Shown piece after piece: positions 32,425 to 42,700 of a stretch of 64,000 nucleotides of DNA. A program made the position numbers and the translations under genes. Positions within the stretch are counted from its first letter, which is position 1; each line of letters begins with the position of its first letter. Below the pieces are notes generated by a model. It saw nothing but the letters and a program-made list of their open reading frames with translations, searched no databases and was not told the DNA's origin. This DNA comes from a virus, in the IMG/VR virus record IMGVR_UViG_3300045988_100160, positions 804 through 64,803 of that record; one strand, given 5' to 3'.

Positions 32425-35400
32425 ATGGCAGACAACTTTATTCACTTGCATCTGCACTCACAGTTTTCCAACTATGGGATGAAAGATGCAATTAGTTCTG
32501 TAGATGGTATCATTAAGCGTATACACGAACTTGGACAACGAGGGTTTGCACTCACAGACCACAATGGTTGTTCAGGCTTGATTGATACATATGTGCATCT
32601 ACAGAAATATAACAAGAAACATGGCACAGATTTAAAACTTGTGATGGGGTCAGAGTTATATTATACATATGATGTCCACATAAAGGACAAATCATATAAT
32701 CATATCTTGTTTCTTGCGAAAAATCAAGTCGGACTTGAGAACTTGTTCAAGTTAACAAGTGAAGCACATAAACACTATTATTACAAGTCAAGATGTGACC
32801 TTGATATGATACGCAAGTACTCAGAGGGTTTAATCTGTACATCGGCATGCATGGGTGGATGGCTTAAGGGTGATAATCGTGAGTCGTTAATTCCGCAGTT
32901 CAAAGACATCTTTGGTGACGACTTATATTTTGAAATCCATACATATCAACATGAAGACCAAAAGCGTTTTAATGCAATGGTTGCAGAAATGGGTGCAAAA
33001 TATGATGTACCATTGATTGCCGCTTGTGACTCTCATTATGTGTATGAAGAAGATTACGCTTTACATAAGGCTTTCCGTGGTCGTTCTCAAGATGACGATG
33101 AAGACCAATACTATGGTTCAAACGACTTCTTTATCCAATCGGAAGCGCAGGTATTCGACCGTCTATATCCACAATTTGGTGTTGATATGGTTGAAGACAT
33201 GGTGAAGAATACCAATATTATTTTTGACAAATGTAATACACAAGTTGATTTCAACTTGGATGTCTATCCAAAGTATGTTAAAGATGGCGATGTAAAACCT
33301 GTGTTTTTAGATGCGTTGAGACAGGGGTATAAACAAAAGATTTTAAATCAGGTGACCCCAGAATTTAAGAAACGTGTTGACGAACGTGTCCCACATGAGA
33401 TTGATATTTTGGAGCAAGTTGGTTATATGGACTATCTGTTGATTACCAAAGATATTCTCGATGCTTGTCGTGAACGTGATATTCCAGTTGGACATGGTCG
33501 TGGTTCGGTTGGAGGATGCGAGTGTGCATATTTACTCGATATTACATCTTTGGATGCTATTACAAACAACTTGTATTTTGAACGGTTTGCAAACCCCAAT
33601 CGTGTATCACCCCCAGACGTTGACAACGATTGCTCTAAGGTAAGACGAGGAGAAGTTATTCAATATCTTGAAGAAAAATACAAATATGTCTATCAATGTC
33701 GTACATTTTCCTACATGAAAGCATCTGGAGCATTAAAAGAAGCTGCACGATGTCTAGGCGTAGACCATACTATTGCAGATGCCTATTCAAAGAAAATCAA
33801 GGATGTATCTTTTGACGATGATGAAGATTTCCATGATAACGACCTTGAGTATGCAAAACTTGATTATATAAATGATGGTAAACATCAAGAGATGTTTGAA
33901 CTCGCTAAGAAGCTGGTCGGTATTATGACTGGCTTTGGGAAACACGCATCGGCAGTCATTGTTTCAAACCAAGATATTACCAAGTATTGCTCACTAGAGA
34001 TGCAAAAAAATTCTCAAACAAAAGAAGAAACCTTTGTGGCATCCACAAACTTTAAACATTTAGAGTCTATGGGTTTTCTAAAAGAGGATATTCTTGGTCT
34101 TAGAACCTTGGATGTAATCAATGATTGTGTAACGATGGCTGGTGTCAAAAACAGTCTTGACTTGGCAAAATTACCTTGGGATGATAAACCTACGTTAGAC
34201 TTGCTATGTAAAGGTGATACACTTGGAGTATTCCAAATGAAATCACAAGGAATGGTAAGAACTCTTAAAAGTATTGCCCCAAAGAACTTTGTCGATTTAA
34301 TCGCTGTGGTTGCCCTGTATAGACCAGCGTGTATTTTAACAGGCATGTTAGATGAGTATATTGACCGCCGTAATGGTAAGCCGTTTGAGTACTTAGATGA
34401 ACGATTAAAAGAACCATTAGGTGAAACATATGGTATCATGGTGTTCCAAGAACAAATTATGCGTGTGTGTCAGATTATCGCTGGATATTCAATGGCGGAA
34501 GCAGATACGGTAAGACGTGCGGTTGGTAAAAAAGACCACGATTTAATGCAAGAGATTACGGCAGAATTTGTTGACCGTGCGGTTGCGAATGGTACAGATA
34601 AAGATGTGGCGAAACAAATTTTAGACATGATTATTGCAGCGGCGAGCTATGGATTTAATAAGGCTCACAGTCAATCATACGGCTACATGGCATACATAAC
34701 GGCATACCTCAAGGCACACTATCCGCTCGAATTTTATGTGGCAACTATTAACTCCGAAGATGGCAACCAAGAGAAAATCTTGCCGTACATCCAAGAGATG
34801 CAACGCAAGGGCATCAAGATATTACCACCTGACCTACGCTACAGTGAACGTGAGTGGACAGTCGAAGATAGTTCTGTGCGTGTTGGTCTTTCGTACATCA
34901 AAGGTATTAACAAGATTGAAAAACCACACGAATATACAATAGATGCCATCTTTAGTAAATACTCTAAGTTGCAATTACAGGGTCTAGTCGGTAGTGGTGC
35001 ATTAGACTTCTTGGGTAATACACATGAACTCATGGCGTTAATTCCTGAGTATAAGTCATATGATAAAGACCGCAAGAACGCTTTGCATAAAATACATGAG
35101 TGGCAATCTAAGTTACAACAACACGAAGACACCATGTATACAAACGATGGATTGTTCTCTGATAAAGAATTAAAGTCTTTGGATAAAAAGAAACAGAACA
35201 TCGAAAAGAAAATCCAAGAATGGACAGACAAGTATAACTCTATAATGCTCATAGAACGCCCAAATTTGAGCTCTAAGGTGCCTGTGGTATCTCTTAGGTA
35301 TGAATACCTTGGGTGTACGTTTGAAGACCCTTTAAAAGCATATAACACAAATTTAGCCAATGGTCGTGACGTCAAGGCAATCATTGTGTCTGATTTTAAA

Positions 35401-35580
35401 ACGAAAACAACCAAGGCTGGCAAACCTATGGCATATGTATTCGACCATGTTGGCAACAAGTATGTCATGTGGTCTAACTACTTGGTTGAGTTACAGGTCG
35501 GTACAGGATATTATATCCAAGTGCGTGGCGACACAATCACAAAGGTTAAGCCATTGGAATTAAAACAAAATAACGCTTAA
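32425..35580 (+). CDS. dnaE: DNA polymerase III alpha subunit (DnaE-type)
   Basis: 1051 aa. N-terminal PHP motif FIHLHLHSQFS, the polymerase core, and an aACAGGAGGtaaaaat RBS. Confidence 0.9.
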   Translation: MADNFIHLHLHSQFSNYGMKDAISSVDGIIKRIHELGQRGFALTDHNGCSGLIDTYVHLQKYNKKHGTDLKLVMGSELYYTYDVHIKDKSYNHILFLAKNQVGLENLFKLTSEAHKHYYYKSRCDLDMIRKYSEGLICTSACMGGWLKGDNRESLIPQFKDIFGDDLYFEIHTYQHEDQKRFNAMVAEMGAKYDVPLIAACDSHYVYEEDYALHKAFRGRSQDDDEDQYYGSNDFFIQSEAQVFDRLYPQFGVDMVEDMVKNTNIIFDKCNTQVDFNLDVYPKYVKDGDVKPVFLDALRQGYKQKILNQVTPEFKKRVDERVPHEIDILEQVGYMDYLLITKDILDACRERDIPVGHGRGSVGGCECAYLLDITSLDAITNNLYFERFANPNRVSPPDVDNDCSKVRRGEVIQYLEEKYKYVYQCRTFSYMKASGALKEAARCLGVDHTIADAYSKKIKDVSFDDDEDFHDNDLEYAKLDYINDGKHQEMFELAKKLVGIMTGFGKHASAVIVSNQDITKYCSLEMQKNSQTKEETFVASTNFKHLESMGFLKEDILGLRTLDVINDCVTMAGVKNSLDLAKLPWDDKPTLDLLCKGDTLGVFQMKSQGMVRTLKSIAPKNFVDLIAVVALYRPACILTGMLDEYIDRRNGKPFEYLDERLKEPLGETYGIMVFQEQIMRVCQIIAGYSMAEADTVRRAVGKKDHDLMQEITAEFVDRAVANGTDKDVAKQILDMIIAAASYGFNKAHSQSYGYMAYITAYLKAHYPLEFYVATINSEDGNQEKILPYIQEMQRKGIKILPPDLRYSEREWTVEDSSVRVGLSYIKGINKIEKPHEYTIDAIFSKYSKLQLQGLVGSGALDFLGNTHELMALIPEYKSYDKDRKNALHKIHEWQSKLQQHEDTMYTNDGLFSDKELKSLDKKKQNIEKKIQEWTDKYNSIMLIERPNLSSKVPVVSLRYEYLGCTFEDPLKAYNTNLANGRDVKAIIVSDFKTKTTKAGKPMAYVFDHVGNKYVMWSNYLVELQVGTGYYIQVRGDTITKVKPLELKQNNA

Positions 35581-35592
35581 AACGCAAAAAAT

Positions 35593-35622
35593 GGGGAGTA
35601 TACCAATTACGGTATACTCCCC
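35593..35622 (+). terminator. strong hairpin terminator after dnaE (bidirectional)
   Basis: 12-bp stem ggggagtatacc/ggtatactcccc, flanked by an A-run and a T-rich tail. Confidence 0.8.
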
Positions 35623-35665
35623 ATTTGTATTATGTAGAATATTTAACATACTAAAAAGACAATAT

Positions 35666-35685
35666 CGGACATCCACTCTTGTCCG
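35666..35685 (-). terminator. hairpin after the lysis cassette
   Basis: cggaca...tgtccg followed by a T-rich tract on the minus strand. Weak. Confidence 0.4.
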
Positions 35686-35712
35686 CTAGAGAGATGAAGA
35701 AGACCACCTCCG

Positions 35713-36207
35713 CTAACCCTTGGCGATTTTATACACAAGGGCAGTTCCAAGAACAATGTTTAAAATTTTACTGTTGCGGTTCTGTTGTTGTGCTTTCTTG
35801 ATTATCTCTTTTTGCTGATTCAAGTATATTTCTGCTTTCTCTAATGATAGCCTTTGCATTTGTAGCATCTGTTCTTGCTGCCTTAACGAGTTCTGTGCTT
35901 CTATCAATAGCTGCCGTTGTTCCTCGAGTTGCTTCAAGGCTTCGAGTAACGCTTGTTGTGACTCGTTCGTTGACATCTTGGCTATGCTCAACTGCTGTTC
36001 TAATTCGTTGATTGTATTCAACTGACTGTCTATTGTATTCTCCAGCGTGTCGAAGTTCTTCATTAGCACGTTGTATTGGCTTTGTGTCAATACGACTGTC
36101 TGCTCTGATGTAGCTCCAGATACAGATGGCACACATAAGAATAATCCCAAGAATAATAATACCGTTACGCTTTGGATTCGACATAATGTATGTTCTAATA
36201 TTTTCAT
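35713..36207 (-). CDS. alternative-frame ORF (164 aa) almost fully overlapping 35768..36211: signal-peptide-like N-terminus, Q/L coiled coil, C-terminal TM
   Basis: Track ORF. Its ATG lies 4 nt downstream of the other ATG, so both share one RBS. It is protein-like, but could be an artefact of coiled-coil codon periodicity. Confidence 0.3.
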   Translation of the reverse strand: MKILEHTLCRIQSVTVLLFLGLFLCVPSVSGATSEQTVVLTQSQYNVLMKNFDTLENTIDSQLNTINELEQQLSIAKMSTNESQQALLEALKQLEEQRQLLIEAQNSLRQQEQMLQMQRLSLEKAEIYLNQQKEIIKKAQQQNRNSKILNIVLGTALVYKIAKG

Positions 36208-36211
36208 TCAT
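35768..36211 (-). CDS. N-terminal TM plus coiled-coil protein (i-spanin-like, last gene of lysis cassette)
   Basis: acACAGGAGAtacga RBS and ATGA start/stop coupling. TM segment GIIILGIILMCAICIW followed by a helical region. Confidence 0.5.
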   Translation of the reverse strand: MNENIRTYIMSNPKRNGIIILGIILMCAICIWSYIRADSRIDTKPIQRANEELRHAGEYNRQSVEYNQRIRTAVEHSQDVNERVTTSVTRSLEATRGTTAAIDRSTELVKAARTDATNAKAIIRESRNILESAKRDNQESTTTEPQQ

Positions 36212-36495
36212 CGTATCTCCTGTGTATCTTGTGCAGATGGCACAAGTGTGCCACGCTCATACTCAAGATTCTCTAAGATTGAAATTTTTTGTTGCAATAA
36301 CGCACGTTCTTGTTTCGTTACCTGTAGTTGTACTTGTGTTTCATGCAGTTCTCTCTCGGTTTCTTCCAATTGTTTCTCGTGCGTATGTATACCACTAAAC
36401 AATAGATACACACACACGAATAATCCAATTAGACACACTGAGAAGACAGTACCAACTGTTTTCCATAATGGAGGTTTCTCGATGTGGAAATTCAT
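36208..36495 (-). CDS. N-terminal TM plus coiled-coil protein (lysis cassette)
   Basis: ATG 36495 overlaps the amidase stop (ATGA) and has a GGGGGA RBS. The track start at 36510 is also possible. Confidence 0.5.
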   Translation of the reverse strand: MNFHIEKPPLWKTVGTVFSVCLIGLFVCVYLLFSGIHTHEKQLEETERELHETQVQLQVTKQERALLQQKISILENLEYERGTLVPSAQDTQEIR

Positions 36496-37070
36496 ATGTT
36501 TATCCCCCATTCGTTATTAGCGATAAACCGTGCGTTACCACGCAAGTTGTCACCACCAGACCACTCTGGGTCTCCTTGGTGGAGAACCCATAAATCCCAT
36601 CGTTCACACGTTGAGTCTGGGCCGTAAGTATTGTTTGGGTATGGCGTTGGGTCGTTATAACACAAGTCCATGCCGTCTTTGTTGTCGGCGGCTTCGGAGT
36701 GAGTCATAACATGCTGTATGTCCAAAGGAATACCAATTTGTACACACAATAGTGCAATTACATAAGACATTGCGTAAATTTGTGCTTCTGTTGGAGGTTC
36801 TGTGCCCATATTGTAGATGCCAGTCGCATCCCAACAACCGTTCATTACGATGCCGATTGAACGACTGTTTCGCATATATGTGTGATCACGGTGTTCTGTT
36901 AAGTCATCAACATCGGTAAACAAATTGCCGTCTTTATCAATGCAGATGTGATATTTGTCTGTGTGACTTTGGTTATAATAACCAGCACTCCAATGTAGAT
37001 AAATGTGATCAATATAACCTCGTGCGTTTGTTGCCATGGTTATCAACTCGTCTTTTGTTAATTGTCTCAT
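36492..37070 (-). CDS. N-acetylmuramoyl-L-alanine amidase (Amidase_2/PGRP-type endolysin)
   Basis: HIYLHWSAGYY, YHICIDKDG, SIGIVM and MTHSE motifs fit zinc amidase_2. Lies next to the holin-like gene. Confidence 0.75.
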   Translation of the reverse strand: MRQLTKDELITMATNARGYIDHIYLHWSAGYYNQSHTDKYHICIDKDGNLFTDVDDLTEHRDHTYMRNSRSIGIVMNGCWDATGIYNMGTEPPTEAQIYAMSYVIALLCVQIGIPLDIQHVMTHSEAADNKDGMDLCYNDPTPYPNNTYGPDSTCERWDLWVLHQGDPEWSGGDNLRGNARFIANNEWGINI

Positions 37071-37450
37071 TTCGTATCACCCTTTTCGTCATTAATTACA
37101 GGAACATTTGTTTGTTGTCGCATGTGTGCTTTCGAGTCCAGTTCGTCAGATTCACCATCGCCATCTGAATCAATAAGAGCGACACCATACGCAAGAAGTC
37201 CTGTTACAGTTTGTGTAGAGAAGATAACGGAAACAAACAACCTTAGCTCCGTTAAGAGAGACACGAGAATATTTACGTTTAGTCCGATGTGCATCGCATA
37301 GATTGCATATAGCCATACAATCAGGTAAATGAATATCGGAACAAAACTGGTTGTAATTACAAATTTTACGAATTGTAGAGAACGAATATTCCCATGGGTT
37401 TCTCTCAATCGACCCCAGTATTCCTTGGCTTTAGAAAATATTGTGTCCAT
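37067..37450 (-). CDS. holin-like membrane protein
   Basis: Several hydrophobic segments and a charged C-terminal tail DSDGDGESDELDSKAH. Immediately upstream of the amidase with an ATGA overlap. Confidence 0.55.
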   Translation of the reverse strand: MDTIFSKAKEYWGRLRETHGNIRSLQFVKFVITTSFVPIFIYLIVWLYAIYAMHIGLNVNILVSLLTELRLFVSVIFSTQTVTGLLAYGVALIDSDGDGESDELDSKAHMRQQTNVPVINDEKGDTK

Positions 37451-37453
37451 TGA

Positions 37454-37720
37454 TTACCTCCGAGAGTATTCTTCCAAGGCATCAATGCGTTGTCCAATAT
37501 GTTTTATATCACTTTCCATTCCACTAAGTTTGATAGACATGTTGTATCGGTCAACACGACCTGTTTCAATATCCTTGAGAATTGCGGCAATAGTTGTGCT
37601 TAAGTTGTCAATTGAGACTTTTAATGGAGAAATAATCATGACTTTAAAAACAAAGCCGATGAAACTTCCAACAAACACAAGTATGCCACATATCAAGGAA
37701 ATCATCGTAAGTAGTTCCAT
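37454..37720 (-). CDS. N-terminal TM plus coiled-coil small protein
   Basis: Track ORF. TM segment ISLICGILVFVGSFIGFVF. Confidence 0.5.
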   Translation of the reverse strand: MELLTMISLICGILVFVGSFIGFVFKVMIISPLKVSIDNLSTTIAAILKDIETGRVDRYNMSIKLSGMESDIKHIGQRIDALEEYSRR

Positions 37721-37746
37721 TGATTGCCTTTCGTATTAAAAACTAA

Positions 37747-37766
37747 GGGAGACGGTGGTGTCTCCC
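37747..37766 (-). terminator. rho-independent terminator after the tail fiber gene
   Basis: gggagac-ggtggt-gtctccc followed by TTAGTTTTT on the minus strand. Confidence 0.7.
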
Positions 37767-37774
37767 ATGTTGTA

Positions 37775-38845
37775 TTATAAGCTGTCAGAGGATTCTAAAA
37801 TTGTATTGTTTCTATATCTGTAGATAACGTAGTATGGAGTTTGTTTTACAAAGAATACATTAGAAGTACCAACTTGTAAAGCCTTTCCAATATAGTCTTT
37901 TGATTTGTTATCAGATGCAGATACTTGACTAAAGAACCTTTCTTCTTCTCGTCCATATCCTTCTGCCTGATAGTAAGAGAAATCTAATTTAAGATTAACC
38001 CCATGTCCAATGCCTTTAGCAATATTTTGGAGAGATGAGCCACTATAAGGAGCCCACATTTGGCTAGTGAGTGCATCGTCTATGATTAAGGTGTCAATAT
38101 CGCTAACCTTAGTCTTAACATAATTTTTGATTTTTTGGAACTCACTTTGACCAAGCGTTGGTTGATTGTTTTTGTCTCCAATATGATTCAACTCAACAAC
38201 TTTATTGTTGTAGATTGAAACACTTACTTTATCGCTACCACCTAAGCTGAGCTCTTTTGTCTCAACAAAAGAGCCTTTATCAAATACAGCGTTTAAATTA
38301 CCAAAGGCAATATTAATATCTGAAATATGATTATCAAGATACCCAAAATATCCAGCCGTATATGAGTCTCCTGCATTAGAGCTTGAAACAGATACATTTG
38401 CAAGTCCATCTGAATTAAATTCAACAGTTTTATTATCAATTTTTACTTTAAAGTGTGGTTCGCCACTAAGAGTAAAGTTTGGATTTCCAACTAATAATGT
38501 TGACTGTAAAGCTATTGGTTTATAATCTGTTCGTGGCATTGGTTTGCCCCAGTTAGAAATAACTGCTGAGAGAACAGAGTCAACAGTAGAGTCGTCACAC
38601 CAGATGTTGTTCTCCAACAGTTTATTCCGTGCTTGTTCGGCTGTAGATGGTTTACCGCCTTTTAAGCTATCAAGCCACTCTTGTTCTGTACCAATGAAAC
38701 CGTTGCGAACGGCAACACGATATGCATCGTCACCGTCACGACCGTCTATACCATCTCGACCCGGTTTACCCTCAAAGTTTGGGATAGCAACATTGACCTG
38801 TATAGGGTCAACCAAAGAAATTTTTGTAATAGTATCGTCTGCCAT
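37775..38845 (-). CDS. tail fiber / receptor-binding protein with collagen-like N-terminus
   Basis: GKPGRDGIDGRDGDD Gly-X-Y repeats followed by the widespread fiber motif AYRVAVRNGFIGTEQEWLDSLKG. Confidence 0.65.
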   Translation of the reverse strand: MADDTITKISLVDPIQVNVAIPNFEGKPGRDGIDGRDGDDAYRVAVRNGFIGTEQEWLDSLKGGKPSTAEQARNKLLENNIWCDDSTVDSVLSAVISNWGKPMPRTDYKPIALQSTLLVGNPNFTLSGEPHFKVKIDNKTVEFNSDGLANVSVSSSNAGDSYTAGYFGYLDNHISDINIAFGNLNAVFDKGSFVETKELSLGGSDKVSVSIYNNKVVELNHIGDKNNQPTLGQSEFQKIKNYVKTKVSDIDTLIIDDALTSQMWAPYSGSSLQNIAKGIGHGVNLKLDFSYYQAEGYGREEERFFSQVSASDNKSKDYIGKALQVGTSNVFFVKQTPYYVIYRYRNNTILESSDSL

Positions 38846-38865
38846 AGTTTATCTCCTGTAAAAAA

Positions 38866-39204
38866 TTAATGCATAGAAATGTCATGGATAATCTCGATGT
38901 CACCCATACAAACTTTATAAGACTTATTATCCTTGAGAAGAAACACATCGTATTTACCCTTGCGTATTCGTTCATCAATACCAAGAGTTATGTCATATCC
39001 AATTTGTACCAAGACTTGATTGCCACTAATCGAACACATTGCCGTACACAAGACATTATTTTTCATGTCTCTGATTTTGCATACCGCAGATGCATCGTCT
39101 AGTGTAAAATCAGGGTTTTGACTATTGATGATATACAGACGTTCCCAATCAGCACCAGTATGTAATGTCTCAGGTACATCAATCACATAGTTGATATTAA
39201 TCAC
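38866..39204 (-). CDS. hypothetical tail-associated protein
   Basis: Track ORF. Assigned from its position between the J-like gene and the fiber. Confidence 0.45.
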   Translation of the reverse strand: MININYVIDVPETLHTGADWERLYIINSQNPDFTLDDASAVCKIRDMKNNVLCTAMCSISGNQVLVQIGYDITLGIDERIRKGKYDVFLLKDNKSYKVCMGDIEIIHDISMH

Positions 39205-39697
39205 CTGCCTTTATTAGATTTAATACAACCGTTATCCACCCAGAGATTGTATGCTCAAATGATGTGCTATTGTTTTTACAATAAGCAATACCATCTGAGT
39301 TGATACCAACGAGATAATCAGAGCCACGATATAATGGGAACTCTGGAGCTTTAACAATCGCACCAACATTTGGAGAATTAAATCTGTCGTCTGCCATTTG
39401 GAATGATACGATTGTTGCTCTATATTTAGAACTTGGGTATTCTTCCGTATAAACGGCATCCCCATGCTTAATCCTGAAGATTAATGCTTTAGAAGAACCG
39501 CCTGTGTTATCAGATGGTTCTTCTGGTGTAATCTCTGGCTGTTCAATCACATAGGGTTTAATCTCACCGTTAACCAATTGTATTTCCCATGTGTTATAGA
39601 ACTGCTCGGTTTCAATGGCGGTTGTTCCATCTATATGTACCTCAATAGGTGAAGAACACACGCATAGACCAGTGTTATTATCAAATATATAGAACAT
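39197..39697 (-). CDS. hypothetical tail-associated protein
   Basis: Track ORF. Assigned by position. Confidence 0.45.
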   Translation of the reverse strand: MFYIFDNNTGLCVCSSPIEVHIDGTTAIETEQFYNTWEIQLVNGEIKPYVIEQPEITPEEPSDNTGGSSKALIFRIKHGDAVYTEEYPSSKYRATIVSFQMADDRFNSPNVGAIVKAPEFPLYRGSDYLVGINSDGIAYCKNNSTSFEHTISGWITVVLNLIKAGD

Positions 39698-39703
39698 ATG
39701 TTA

Positions 39704-42700
39704 TTACCCTTTCTTGCCAATCACAAGAACATATAGAACGCCAAAAGCAAGGAAATTGTTTATCCAGTCATTACCGCCATTGCCACCGCTAGTATACTTA
39801 ATAACGTATTTACTTTGGCATACAGCTTTTCTACCTTGTAAGCCAACAATAAAACCATTGTCATTGTTATTTGGTTGATTACCTTGGAGATAAACGGTAC
39901 ACCCTTTTACCATTCTATCCCATTGCCTATCCCATTCTCTTCTTCCGCTAGATGTTGAGCCATCACGAATATGTTTTTCCGTAAAGTTGTACCCAATCGG
40001 TACAAAAGTGCACTCACTAACACTATAGTTGCCAATCGGTGGAACATCTTGACCGTGAGCCACAGTAAGAATCGCATAGTCAATATTCTTGACTTTAAAT
40101 CCAGCGTTTATAATTGAGTCAGCACTAATAGTTGAACCTGTGATATTAGCACCACGGATATTACCATTAGGGTCAACAGAGAATGTTCCGTTGTCATTTC
40201 TAATGGTAGAACTTATGATTGTACCACTATGGACATCCCCCAAGTTAGCACTAATAGCACTCAAGGAGTCAGCTTTAATCTTGTCAGCAGTTACTGCATT
40301 GGCTTGCAACATTTTATCTGTAATAATGTTGTCGTCAAACTTAGCTTGACCTGTGACATGAAGCAATCGACCATCAATCAACGTGCCTGCGGAAGACAAA
40401 TTGATTTTCGATACCAGCTTGTCGCCTGTCAAGTTTTCTTCAACTTTTAGTTGAATAGCACTAGCAGTTTGTGTCAATTGAGAAGACATCTCACTTTTAG
40501 CATCGTCAATCTTCTTTTGTACGCTTGAGGAGATGCCATACACAGTCTGAACCATTTGTGTCAAACGACCATCAATAGCGTTAACTTGAGTTAAAATCCC
40601 ATTTTTAGACTGTGTGATTTCAGACCGTAAAGTATTTTCTGTGTTTGAAATCTTGGTTGTGTTTGCTGTTACATCATTTTTAATACCATCTACTTTATCA
40701 CTAAGAGTAGAGACAAAGTTTTCAATCGTGGTTAAACCAAGAGCTTCTCTATCGAGCATCTCTGCATCAATAGTTGCTTTTACTTGAACTGTTTGTTCAG
40801 GAGAAAATTCTCCAAGTCCAAAGTAATCTTCAAAAGCAACAGACACGTTATATAAACCACCATCGCTATTGTATACAAACAAAGGTTCTTTAGTTCTGTA
40901 GTCTGTACCGTCAATACGAACAACGGCTTCGCAACCTTTTGGAATCGCATTGTAGTTTACTCTAAAGGATTGCAAGAATGATTTAATCGTTACAGATGGA
41001 GCGGTTGGTTTCGGTAGATTATACCCATACTTAGTAGGAGCACTATAGATTTCCTCTGAGTTAACTGCATAGACCCAAACAGTACCATTCCGACCAATTC
41101 GGCTTAAATCAATTTCTCCGCTAATTTCCGATGTCATTAACAATAGATTATCTGTAGACAAAGAATCAGACGAACGTACTTCATATCGGTCTATATCTGC
41201 GGTTGTCACACGTTTCCATGAGATGGTTGCATTTTCCTTAGTAAAACGAATCACAACATTCTCTGGTGCAGATGGGTTACCAACCTTAGGAACAATCGTA
41301 TAAATGTATGTTACCATCGATTCTTCATGTGGCAACTCTTTAGAATCATACGGTATAATCCTGAAATGGACTTTGTCATTTTTCTTAAGACCAATCACAG
41401 GCATGATACCATGGCTAATACCATAGACTTTCCAATCACCGAGTACACCGTCACGTTCAATCTGAACCGAGACTTGTGAATATCCATAATTGATGTCGTT
41501 TGGTTCTGTAAACACAAGCATAGCATCATATGTGGGAACACCATTGACTTTTTGTCTATAGACTTGTTCAACAGATACATTCTCTACAGGTTTTACAGTT
41601 TCAGGTGTTAAATTAATCTCTTTTGAATTATCCCCTGTAGGGGCGAATACTTTAAGAGATGCACCAAAGGCATCGTCATAGATTGATGGATTGTATTGTT
41701 TAGCAGAAATTTCAAACGTGCCATCTTCTTCTTTCATTTCAACGATACGCACTTGTTGATTTTCAAACAAGGTTTGTTTTTCGCCATTTTCATCAATGTA
41801 TGTTTTTGTGACTGTTACAACATCGCCAGCTTCAAGATGGGATGCCATAAGACCTGTCTTAAATGTTACCGTAATTGGACATAAGCGAATAATATCTCGT
41901 GCGATTTTCCCAAGTCGTAAGCATTGGGTTTGTCTGCGGACACCCTTAAACTCAATATCTTGTTCTACAGGGCGACCAATGCCAATCGGTGGTGGTAATT
42001 GGTTTGTTGCATCTTCAACGATTAATTTAACAGCAGTATAATCCAATGCAGGTTCCACATAAGTTAAATTAAACTTGTTTGGACTTTGTTCGATGGATGC
42101 ACCTTTGTAAGATAATGAGTTTTCAACGATATTATCATCATTAAATGCATACACAGGTGTTTCCAATCGCTCACACCGTAGTTTGATTTTATTGTTTGAG
42201 AATACAACGAAACCAAGGAATGAATTTAAGATTGACTGCATGTTTTCTAAATGAGATTTTGTTTCATTAAGAATTATATCAAGCTCATATCGTTTTTCTG
42301 ATTTCGTTACACCGTATGGGTCGTTATATGTAATTACTTCGTCACAATAATTTGCAACATCCGTGAATGATTCCATATCAAGAACCTCTGGCGTAATGTA
42401 TTTACCAGCACCATAGACATCATTTGTTAAGTAATCATACAAGCATACCGCTGGGTTTTTAGAATACTCAGTTTTGCCTGTACGCCAATCATACACCTTG
42501 CGACCTCTAACGATAGCAGTAATCGTTGGATTGCCTGCACCCATTTTATCAGTATAACGCAAGTCTGCAACCATGTAAGCAATATTTGGATAACCGCCTG
42601 TTGTTTTGTAAGTCGATGGAGCTTCCGCATCGTGTTTCCCATCGTATAATACAACAGTACTTTCTTTGGCATCTTGCTCACCGTTTGTCGTGAAGAATAC

